This document shows, piece by piece, positions 21,000 to 29,046 of a stretch of 64,000 nt of DNA (its first letter is position 1; every line of letters starts with the position of its first letter). This stretch comes from a virus (taxonomy: Duplodnaviria; Caudoviricetes), in IMG/VR virus record IMGVR_UViG_3300031605_001661, positions 1-64,000 of that record; one strand, given 5' to 3'. Under the pieces are notes generated by a model, which made no database searches, was not told the DNA's origin, and worked only from the letters and a program-made list of their open reading frames with translations. A program made the position numbers and the translations under genes.

Positions 21000-21536
21000 T
21001 CATTTATCAAAAGGAGACTTAGAATTCAATATATTATCTACAGTAATGTTTGGCTCATATCTTTGAAGCATTCTTTCAATTGCCTTTTTTGGAACACCAT
21101 GCTTATTCAAACTAGAAAGTTTTTCAGCTACTGAGTCAAGATCTCCATCCTTTTCTATAGTGTCTATAACCACTTTCCACATAGGAGAATTTGGTTCTTT
21201 TATAATAACTTCATAACCGTTTTTAAGAGCGGCTTCCACATACGGTTTTGCCTCCCAAGCTTGCGTATGAGTGTTATCGACTACTATAGGATTGATTCCT
21301 TTCGACATAGCTTCAACAACTCTATCTTGATTCCATTGGTGAGCTTCCCCCAATTTAGATGGATTAAAATTTTTAATATACTCATCTCCATGACCAAAAA
21401 AATCATCCGTAGAAAAAATGCTAGAAGGGTCAGCAAGGCCGTTGGCTAACGTGCTTTTTCCAGAGCCAGAAACTCCACGCATTATGTAAAGAATTTTAGA
21501 TTCTTTGGCTTCCATCCATTTTGAAAAATTAATCAT
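21000..21536 (-). CDS. AAA_33 / N4BP2-type polynucleotide kinase with targeting leader
   Basis: MRGVSGSGKST, STDDFF, AH.WNQ, VDNT...WE..PY, N.HGVP...I.RM..RYE; N-terminus MINFSKWME. Confidence 0.85.
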   Translation of the reverse strand: MINFSKWMEAKESKILYIMRGVSGSGKSTLANGLADPSSIFSTDDFFGHGDEYIKNFNPSKLGEAHQWNQDRVVEAMSKGINPIVVDNTHTQAWEAKPYVEAALKNGYEVIIKEPNSPMWKVVIDTIEKDGDLDSVAEKLSSLNKHGVPKKAIERMLQRYEPNITVDNILNSKSPFDK

Positions 21537-22113
21537 AAACCACCTTAGAAAGATATTTCAAATTATCGTTTTCTAACCAAGTTATACTCGAATTTGCTAT
21601 TGAATCTGACCACTCAGGGACTTCTCTAATGCCTTGCATCAAATTAGACATAGTATGTACTGGCGATCCGTGGGAAACAATTAAATATTTTCCATCCTTA
21701 TCTAAGCCGGATAAAAACGATTCTACCCTACAAAGAAAGTCTTCTAAATTTTCTTCAGCAGCAAATCTACCATCCCACACAGACGGCCAATCGAACTCAA
21801 AATCACGCTTAGGGACATCTAAAAAATCAATGCGTTCTCTGGATTCGCTGGAGTTATAGTAAATTGTTAATTCAGCAGGGCCGTTGTCTACTCGAAACGG
21901 AATATCCGTTTCTCCCTGAATAATTTTAGCCGTTTGAAGAGTCCTCAAATAAGGAGACGTTATTCCTTCAAATCCACTTAAATCAATTTTTTTTAAGTAC
22001 TCGGCTGTCTTTTTAACTTGTAAAATACCTTTAGTAGTCAGACTGCTATCTAAACTCTCGGAAACATCAGTGTTATATTCACTTTCTCCGTGTCGAACGA
22101 TTATTAATTCCAT
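21529..22113 (-). CDS. Histidine phosphatase (phosphoglycerate mutase family)
   Basis: IVRHGES, SPYLRTLQTA, VSHG, NSSIT. Start reassigned to MELIIVRHG. Confidence 0.92.
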   Translation of the reverse strand: MELIIVRHGESEYNTDVSESLDSSLTTKGILQVKKTAEYLKKIDLSGFEGITSPYLRTLQTAKIIQGETDIPFRVDNGPAELTIYYNSSESRERIDFLDVPKRDFEFDWPSVWDGRFAAEENLEDFLCRVESFLSGLDKDGKYLIVSHGSPVHTMSNLMQGIREVPEWSDSIANSSITWLENDNLKYLSKVVYD

Positions 22114-22155
22114 AAAGATATATATTAATATGTTGAGTTTTAATGGGAAATCATC

Positions 22156-22761
22156 ATGAAAACGTTTTCGCAATGGTTAGAAAATCAAGAAGAAACAGTT
22201 TCACTTAATCATATCACAAGTGAATTTAATGCCGATGCAATAAGGAAAGCTAATGGTTTCAAATCTAAATCCTGGAAAACAGCTTTTGAAGATGTCGCTA
22301 AACTTGTGGGCGTAGGAGATGATAAATCATTAGAAGATTACATTAAAAAATCTTGGAACAATGTTCCTGATGCTGACTGGGCAGAGCAAAGAAATATATT
22401 CTTTTTTAACGACGCAGGCAGCAATGCCTTTATACCTGACTACACCGCAAAAGAAACAATGATCTCAGAAGCTTTTCGTAGTATTTTGCATACAATGAAA
22501 GAATACTATAAATCTGAACAGTCTATATTGCAGAGAATAAACAACGCCCAAAACGAATTGGATAATTCTAAAAGAGTCATGATTACTATTCAATTTCCCA
22601 AAGGAATAAAAGACGCAAAAGGTCATCCGGTCATAGAGACAGGACGTGAAGAAATACCAAATCCAGATGGCGGAACTTACCACGGTCTTAAATACGAATA
22701 TCAATTTAAACCAGAAGAAATAAACAAATACATCAATACAATGCAGGTAAAGAATCTATGA
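22156..22761 (+). CDS. Hypothetical protein with targeting leader (MKTFSQWLE)
   Basis: Intact ORF preceded by an ATATATA box. Confidence 0.65.
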   Translation: MKTFSQWLENQEETVSLNHITSEFNADAIRKANGFKSKSWKTAFEDVAKLVGVGDDKSLEDYIKKSWNNVPDADWAEQRNIFFFNDAGSNAFIPDYTAKETMISEAFRSILHTMKEYYKSEQSILQRINNAQNELDNSKRVMITIQFPKGIKDAKGHPVIETGREEIPNPDGGTYHGLKYEYQFKPEEINKYINTMQVKNL

Positions 22762-23201
22762 AAACGTTTTCGCAATGGTTTGGGAAAAAAGAAATAACGC
22801 CTGAAAGAACGGCGAAGCGTGATGAATTAGGGTTCTGGTCTGATAATCCAAATGACCCACAATGGCTTAAGCATAACAAAACAAGTATTACGGCCAAATA
22901 CAGTACTGTCATTATACCAATCGAACATGTTGAAAGACTGCCCGGTCAAAATGATGAACATAAAAATGTAATACCAGAAAAATACGACCACTGGAAAGAA
23001 GTCTTGAAAAATGACCCTGAAGTTCTTTACAAGAACCCCATTCAAGTAAATGTTTTCCACAATGGAGAAACCAAAATCAATGAAGGGAATCATAGAATGC
23101 GAGCAGCAAAAGATCTAGGCATCAAAACTATTGCTGTAAGCATTCACTACTTCGGAGGGTCAGAAACAAATCCAAATTCGTTTGACCCAGCAAATCTATG
23201 A
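22758..23201 (+). CDS. ParB/Srx-like domain protein with targeting leader (MKTFSQWF)
   Basis: NPIQV...INEGNHRMRAAKDLG motif. Confidence 0.75.
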   Translation: MKTFSQWFGKKEITPERTAKRDELGFWSDNPNDPQWLKHNKTSITAKYSTVIIPIEHVERLPGQNDEHKNVIPEKYDHWKEVLKNDPEVLYKNPIQVNVFHNGETKINEGNHRMRAAKDLGIKTIAVSIHYFGGSETNPNSFDPANL

Positions 23202-24019
23202 ACATATTTGAACTCATTCCTAAAAAACTTGTTAAAAAAATATCGGAACAATACATCGCAGGAGATTCTTTTGCAGACGCAGAGAGTGTTGTAAAATATT
23301 TAAATAAAGAAAACATCTACGGAATATACGATTTACTAGGAGAATCAAATAAAGAGGCAAGAGACAATCTAGAAAAATATTTAGAAGTCATAGACTTATC
23401 GAAAAATACAAAATCATCTCTATCTGTCAAATTAACAAACATTGGAATACTTAAAGGATATTGGAAGTGTAGAGATAACTTGCTTGAGATTGCGTCTGCT
23501 TGTGATAAAGAAAAAAAGCAAATCACCGTGGATATGGAAGATGCAAAATACACAGAAAGAACACTGGTTTTAATTAAAGAAATAAATGAAAAATATCCAG
23601 TTGGTTGTGTTTTACAAGCCAATTTGAAAAGAAGTTTAATCGATGCAAGGGATCTTAAAAATATACATGTGCGAGTATGTAAAGGATCATATAGAGAAAA
23701 TAAGAATGTGGCTTTTAGAGGGACGAATATACTTACAAATTTTGCAAGAGTAGTTGAAAAATTAATAAAAAACAATTGCCAAGTTGCGGTAGCTACGCAC
23801 GATTTAAGATTAGCTAAAAGATGGTTTGGTCAAGATGTAGACTATCAATTTTTATTTGGAGTAAAGCATGTGCGACCATTTATAAATGAAGTCAAATACA
23901 AACACAAAACATCAATTTATGTTCCTTTTGGGGATAGCTGGTATGCGTACTCATTAAGAAGATTTAAAGAAAATCCATTATTGGCAATAACAGTTTTAAA
24001 AAACTTATTTAGATTTTAA
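23198..24019 (+). CDS. Monofunctional proline dehydrogenase
   Basis: YIAG, DLLGE, SVKLT, DMED, LQANL.R, RVCKGSY.E, ATHD, QFLFG, YVPFG.SWY.Y..RR..E. Confidence 0.9.
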   Translation: MNIFELIPKKLVKKISEQYIAGDSFADAESVVKYLNKENIYGIYDLLGESNKEARDNLEKYLEVIDLSKNTKSSLSVKLTNIGILKGYWKCRDNLLEIASACDKEKKQITVDMEDAKYTERTLVLIKEINEKYPVGCVLQANLKRSLIDARDLKNIHVRVCKGSYRENKNVAFRGTNILTNFARVVEKLIKNNCQVAVATHDLRLAKRWFGQDVDYQFLFGVKHVRPFINEVKYKHKTSIYVPFGDSWYAYSLRRFKENPLLAITVLKNLFRF

Positions 24020-24797
24020 TAGTAAGACACTTGCAAGCACCGCCTGCAAGAATGAATTGATCCATATCTACATCAAATACAATCATCCCTAAATCTTCAA
24101 GTATCTTTCTAGTTTCGTTACAACCTGATGGGATTATAACTTGGTTATCTATCACAACGGCATTGCAAGCAAATTTCTTTGCATCTTTTTTGGGAACCTC
24201 ATGCAGTTCAATTTCTTTGGACATTGCTTCTAAAGAAATTGAACTGAAAGCTTTGGGATAAACAATTGCATGGCCATTTCCCAAAGGACAAAAACAAGTA
24301 TCCAAATGATAGAAGTAATCATCAACTAAGTGGCAGAAAACTAAGTTGTCTATTTCCAAAACCTTACATATCGTGCCATAAGCCTCTTTGTCAGTTCTTA
24401 TGCCATAACCCGCAAAAAGAGTTTCCCCTTCAAACAAAGCATCCCCTGCCCCCTCACAGCTAATCTCTGGGTGTACTTCGTAGACTTGATACCCTTCATT
24501 TTTAAACCACCTTTTAAAGTGCTCTTTTTCACCTTGTCTCTCTTTATGTCGAAAATTAGAAGGTAAAAAAGTATCCCCCTTTAATATGCCTGCATTTGCT
24601 GTAAACACCATGTCGGGAAGAATGGAAGAAGGGCTTAAATGATGTATCTTGGCCTTACATTTAGAAATGACTGCTTTAAGTTTGTCCCATTGGCGATTTG
24701 CTTTAGCCAAACTAGGTGGTTTTTCAACATCCATCCATGGGTTTATCTCATAAGAAACCCCATAAAAAGTTGGTTTGCATAGGAGAAATTTTGTCAT
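24009..24797 (-). CDS. Amidinotransferase superfamily enzyme (arginine dihydrolase / DDAH-like)
   Basis: YEINPWM, PDMVFTANAG, ER.GE, EGAGD, YHLDTCFCPL, FACNAV, GGACKCLT. Confidence 0.9.
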   Translation of the reverse strand: MTKFLLCKPTFYGVSYEINPWMDVEKPPSLAKANRQWDKLKAVISKCKAKIHHLSPSSILPDMVFTANAGILKGDTFLPSNFRHKERQGEKEHFKRWFKNEGYQVYEVHPEISCEGAGDALFEGETLFAGYGIRTDKEAYGTICKVLEIDNLVFCHLVDDYFYHLDTCFCPLGNGHAIVYPKAFSSISLEAMSKEIELHEVPKKDAKKFACNAVVIDNQVIIPSGCNETRKILEDLGMIVFDVDMDQFILAGGACKCLTIKI

Positions 24798-25075
24798 ATT
24801 ATTTTATCTATTAATTCAGATACTGTTTGCTTTCCCTTGTCGAGTATTTCAATAATATCATTATATTTATTCAGGTCATCATCCTTGATATCAGTTAAAA
24901 TGCCTAAATTCTTAATCTTTCTTTTAGTATCAGTATCAATATTATTTACATGAAAATTAAGTCTATCCTTTTCCGAATCACCTAAAAAGTCCAATAATCC
25001 AAGAATGGTGTCTTTTACCACCTTTTTATCTTCCAGCCACAATTTATTTTCTAACCAAGATTCGAATGATTTCAT
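24794..25075 (-). CDS. Small protein with targeting leader (MKSFESWLE)
   Basis: Start reassigned to ATG 25075, which avoids overlap with the divergent ORF at 25109. Confidence 0.6.
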   Translation of the reverse strand: MKSFESWLENKLWLEDKKVVKDTILGLLDFLGDSEKDRLNFHVNNIDTDTKRKIKNLGILTDIKDDDLNKYNDIIEILDKGKQTVSELIDKII

Positions 25076-25108
25076 AAAATATATACGATCCAAACAATAA
25101 ATAATGTT

Positions 25109-25882
25109 ATGAGATATAAAGACTTTATGGAATGGAAAGACATATTCGGGTTTGAATCTAAGCCAAAAGTTCAACAAAAAGAACCTAAAGCAAAGACTCC
25201 AACTCGCAAGTTTGATGTTGAAGGTATGTGTCAATACCTGTCCGAACAGAAACTAGGGGAAAAAGTTCCTTCTTTGAAATTTGTAGATGTCGTGCAATGG
25301 GGGGAAGGCGAAGGATCTATAAAAATAAGATTAGGCACAGGAATCAATGTGTTTATTGAACGTTTATCCCATGACCTGCAAGGTTCTCCACATTGGTTAG
25401 CAAAAAAAGTATATCAAATAAACAGAGAAGGCTACGGGGGTTTTGAAACTTATGTTGCTAAAGAACTCATGTCAGAAGTGCTAAAAATTAATGAGAAAAA
25501 ATTAGATGCTCCTAATAACAAATGGGAGAATATGGAAAAACTCATTGTCGATATGGCAAATAGACTAAGGTCGGTAGCAAGATCAATATTTATCTTCGAA
25601 GGGGTTCATAAACTAAAAGACAACCATTATGTGATTTGTTTTTCAGTTAGAGGTCATGGAGTAGAAGCACCAGACCACAAAAGGGTGATACAAAATCAAA
25701 CTGACGTAGTGTTTGAAGAAGATTCTGGGCTACTTAAAATTGTCAATACAAATATTGAAGTAGGAGTAGGATCGGGGAACCAGTGGGAGATCATGCCCGC
25801 AGATAGCATCACAAGATTTGCCCCAACTCAAAGCAATGACGAAATAATAGAGACTATAGCAACAGTTTTGAAATATTATTGA
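25109..25882 (+). CDS. Hypothetical protein (leader-like N-terminus MRYKDFMEW)
   Basis: 257-aa ORF; ATAAATA 5 nt upstream. Confidence 0.65.
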   Translation: MRYKDFMEWKDIFGFESKPKVQQKEPKAKTPTRKFDVEGMCQYLSEQKLGEKVPSLKFVDVVQWGEGEGSIKIRLGTGINVFIERLSHDLQGSPHWLAKKVYQINREGYGGFETYVAKELMSEVLKINEKKLDAPNNKWENMEKLIVDMANRLRSVARSIFIFEGVHKLKDNHYVICFSVRGHGVEAPDHKRVIQNQTDVVFEEDSGLLKIVNTNIEVGVGSGNQWEIMPADSITRFAPTQSNDEIIETIATVLKYY

Positions 25883-25890
25883 GAATCGAA

Positions 25891-26271
25891 ATGAACTTTT
25901 TCCAATTAAATGAAATGATGAATGAAGACTCTTGCTGGGTTTGCAAAAACAAACTCAGTCACGGGAAGTTCGTTGTCAACATTTTCAGTTTGCACGACGA
26001 TGGACTGAAACCTTTGGAGATTGCACAAAAATTAAGCATCAGCAAACAACATGTATATGAAATTCTCAATCAGAATGGCCATCGTCAAAAATCATTGAAA
26101 AGAAGCAAAGCAATGAAAGAAATGCATGCTTCCAAAAAAAAAAGTAAATTAGTGGCAAGCTGTTGTGGGAAACCTCTCGGAGATGACATTAAAACATGTT
26201 GTCCAGGATGTCCCGGAGGAATGACGCTTATGCCAAAAATTGATTATATAAAAATTAAAATTCGTAACTAA
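25891..26271 (+). CDS. HTH- and Cys-motif-containing protein
   Basis: GLKPLEIAQKLSISKQHVYEIL helix-turn-helix; CxxC and CC..CPGC; N-terminus MNFFQLNE. Confidence 0.6.
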   Translation: MNFFQLNEMMNEDSCWVCKNKLSHGKFVVNIFSLHDDGLKPLEIAQKLSISKQHVYEILNQNGHRQKSLKRSKAMKEMHASKKKSKLVASCCGKPLGDDIKTCCPGCPGGMTLMPKIDYIKIKIRN

Positions 26272-26941
26272 ACAAAGACCTGTACTCTTCATCTACAGTC
26301 CCCGTAATGCCCCCAGAGTAAAACGGGATGTTAAAGTTGACCTTAGATTCGTCTTTGAAGTATTTCTTCATCAGAGGAGATAACACGGCATAATACGGAC
26401 TTACTTTCCCCTGTATCAGCCATCGTGTCATTGTGCGATTTTCAATTGCTTCAATGACATCTTCCTTTTTAAGGTCATTTTCAAATATTCTCAATAAGAA
26501 GTTTTTTGTTTTCTCTAATTCTCTTATTGTGTGCGAATCTTTATGAGATTTTATGCCCGCCTCTTTAGTGTTTGAAGCTAGTGCTTTTTTATCGTATCTC
26601 TTTTTCCAAACCAACCATCTTTTCCATGCTTTTTCTCCAACAATTGCATTTGGAGTTATCATCGCATTGACTTGACCGTCTGTAATTGTCTTTAAAACAT
26701 CAAGCTGGGCTTTTATATAAAGTTTATACTCATCGTCATCTAAAAGTCCTTTAGTTTCTTTAATGAGCTTATAGCAATAACGAAATAATGCTGATTTCCT
26801 TGGATCGCCTTTTTTAACCCGCATATGATTATAGTCAGGAAAAATTTCTTTAGAAAGTTTCATCCATAGAATTCCAATTTTAACTGCTTTAGCCTCAATT
26901 GGAGTCATGTTGTGTTCTACAATTGCATCCAAACGCCACAT
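26255..26941 (-). CDS. Conserved-looking phage hypothetical protein
   Basis: 228-aa ORF with GGAG RBS; no motif recognised with confidence. Confidence 0.6.
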   Translation of the reverse strand: MWRLDAIVEHNMTPIEAKAVKIGILWMKLSKEIFPDYNHMRVKKGDPRKSALFRYCYKLIKETKGLLDDDEYKLYIKAQLDVLKTITDGQVNAMITPNAIVGEKAWKRWLVWKKRYDKKALASNTKEAGIKSHKDSHTIRELEKTKNFLLRIFENDLKKEDVIEAIENRTMTRWLIQGKVSPYYAVLSPLMKKYFKDESKVNFNIPFYSGGITGTVDEEYRSLFSYEF

Positions 26942-26972
26942 ATATCACTCCTTTAACTTACCTTTAACTTAT

Positions 26973-28265
26973 CTATTTCTTTTTCCAACCTTCTAACAAA
27001 ATTCTCAAGGCATTTCCACCTAAAAACTTTTCAACAACATCGTCACTATAGTCTAAACCCTTTAAATAACAAGTTAATCTGGGCAATTCAGACATATCAA
27101 CTATTTCATCTGGAGGGTCAGTAAAACCGTCTAAATCTGTTCCAAGAGCAGGTGTTTCTGACCCGCAAACATTTATGATGTGATTTAGCGTCTGTTCTAT
27201 GTATTTTAAACCCAAACCACTGTCCACAGGGGAAGTCCAATAATTCATAAATATTATTCCTGCCACGCAACCATGATCGGCAAGCCATTTGAATTCCCAA
27301 TCTTGGATATTATAAGTAACTCTGTTTATTTCAAAACATCCTACATGTGTAGCGATAAGACAATTTTCACAATTATTAGAATCGACTATGTCATATATTT
27401 GTTTTCTTGCTGCCAATGTGCAATGGGAAATATCTATTAACATCCCTAGCTCAAGCATTTTTTCTACTACTTTAATTCCAATGGGAGTTAAACCCTTGGT
27501 TTCATCCCATTTCCCTAATATTTTTCTCCATTTTAGATGCTTGGCACCATATTCTGGGTATGGGAAAACTGGGTTGGCACATTGATTAGGATAAAAATGT
27601 GCCAGAGTTAGATAAGCAACGCCTCTATTAAAGAAATGTTCTAAATTAGATAATATTTCCGTTTCAACTTCGGGAGAATCATTCCAACCATTAGTGCCGG
27701 GTATCTTTCCAGCAAGTGAATCTTGCAAACTATGTGCTCCTTCGATGGAATGAACCACACACATATCACCACTGTTAATCCCTTCTTGCAGTTTATCGCT
27801 AGAGGTCACAAGTCTTGCTAAACGTGTTTTTTGTAGGTCGTTCTCATCTACTCCTGAAAAATCCTCCCACTTTATTTGGATTGCTTTAGTTTTTTTATTA
27901 TATTGGTCAATTTGTTTCTTCATCTCATCTAGCATAATGTTTGTGGCATCAAAGTAAGTGGGATCGACTACTTTTTTACGAGCACCAGGGGCTATTTTAA
28001 ATAACCATTTAATTAAAGATATATCGTCTATCCAACCTTGTTCTAAGACATACGCTGTAGATAAAAGCACATCCATGCCTCCCGCTTCCATCTTTGGGAA
28101 AGTGACTCTTCCGCTAAAGGGCCAAAATTTTTCCTTAAAAAATCGTTGAAGGAATTTACCTGTCGTGGAACTTAAATTTCTATGAAATACAGTTGATTTA
28201 AGGGCAGGATGAGTATGGAGATCGACAACTGTTGTCTTATGATGTAAGTCGTTCCAGTCAGACAT
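26973..28265 (-). CDS. Membrane (renal-type) dipeptidase, peptidase M19
   Basis: VDLHTH, SIEGAH, YLTLAH, GLT..G, IDISH, ATH, YNIQD, LGTDLDG, KFLGGN. Confidence 0.88.
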   Translation of the reverse strand: MSDWNDLHHKTTVVDLHTHPALKSTVFHRNLSSTTGKFLQRFFKEKFWPFSGRVTFPKMEAGGMDVLLSTAYVLEQGWIDDISLIKWLFKIAPGARKKVVDPTYFDATNIMLDEMKKQIDQYNKKTKAIQIKWEDFSGVDENDLQKTRLARLVTSSDKLQEGINSGDMCVVHSIEGAHSLQDSLAGKIPGTNGWNDSPEVETEILSNLEHFFNRGVAYLTLAHFYPNQCANPVFPYPEYGAKHLKWRKILGKWDETKGLTPIGIKVVEKMLELGMLIDISHCTLAARKQIYDIVDSNNCENCLIATHVGCFEINRVTYNIQDWEFKWLADHGCVAGIIFMNYWTSPVDSGLGLKYIEQTLNHIINVCGSETPALGTDLDGFTDPPDEIVDMSELPRLTCYLKGLDYSDDVVEKFLGGNALRILLEGWKKK

Positions 28266-28389
28266 AATAGGCCTCGCATTTTAAAATAAATTATTTGACT
28301 AGACATGTTTTAAATTATTTTATAATATTGTCAATGTAACTTTGGAGAACCAAACTAAACTAAGGCTGGACTAATAAAAAACAAAACCC

Positions 28390-28700
28390 ACTGCGTTATC
28401 GCTCTAAACAAGGAATACTAACACACAACCAACAGCCGTCCTTACGATGACGGCAGGGAAAGAACTTTGGCCTGTACCCGCTAAATGCCTTTCTTGTTAA
28501 AAACTCTAGGTGGCCGGTTATCAACCGGAACCAGACAGGGCTTTCAACTGGCCCTGATCCCTCCGCCGACCGAGAATAAGAGTCCGCTATAGTCTGAGAT
28601 TAAGCCGAAACGGGTCAACATTAATTTGTTGTGAATTTTGTCTTCTGAAGTAATGAGTACGAAGACTAAAGGCTATAGTTAGAAGTTCTCAATAGGTGCA
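28390..28700 (+). ncRNA. Candidate structured non-coding RNA, unassigned family
   Basis: GC-enriched stems in an ORF-free gap: 28435-40/28449-54, 28514-19/28523-28, 28536-41/28551-56, 28640-45/28661-66; long-range 28586-94/28671-79 and 28572-77/28685-90. Confidence 0.5.
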
Positions 28701-28980
28701 CTGAATTAGTATATTTAAGTTTTTTGATTGTTGATCAATATTATTGAAGGAAAGTTTATGTTGAATAACTTATTGAATGAAAGAATGAAGAGTAATGATC
28801 TTTGTTCTTCTTATTCTTGTTATTCAATAGTAAAAGATAATTATCTTATCTTTTCTTCTTCTAACAGTGTTATATCTCTTACTGTTTAAGATATTCTCTT
28901 ACTGTTTAGTTAATATTGATTAAATGAAATAATCATTTAACCCATGGGGCGTTGTGTGCGCTGAAAAAATAGGATTAAAT
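28600..28980. other. Candidate replication origin (AT-rich hairpins, direct repeat, strand-skew switch)
   Basis: The + strand appears A/C-rich to the left and G/T-rich to the right regardless of gene orientation (judged by eye). Inverted repeats at 28771-28829 and 28832-28854; direct repeat TCTCTTACTGTTTA at 28875 and 28895. Confidence 0.5.
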
Positions 28981-28982
28981 AG

Positions 28983-29011
28983 TTGCAAAGTCTTTTGTTC
29001 TGATCTACAAT
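28983..29011 (+). promoter_or_regulatory. Sigma70-like promoter for the polymerase operon
   Basis: TTGCAA-17 nt-TACAAT. Confidence 0.55.
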
Positions 29012-29046
29012 CTTGATGTAATACTTGTTTTTATATTTGATGGTCT

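Noticed and set aside
26255-26941. T4 gp59 helicase-loader assignment
   Set aside because: Only a short YKLY resemblance and similar size; not enough without a profile search.
28560-28700. Group I intron or hammerhead ribozyme (TAGTC/GACTA, CTGA..GAAA words)
   Set aside because: The P7-like words are in the wrong order on both strands, no gene is interrupted, and there is no CUGANGA core.
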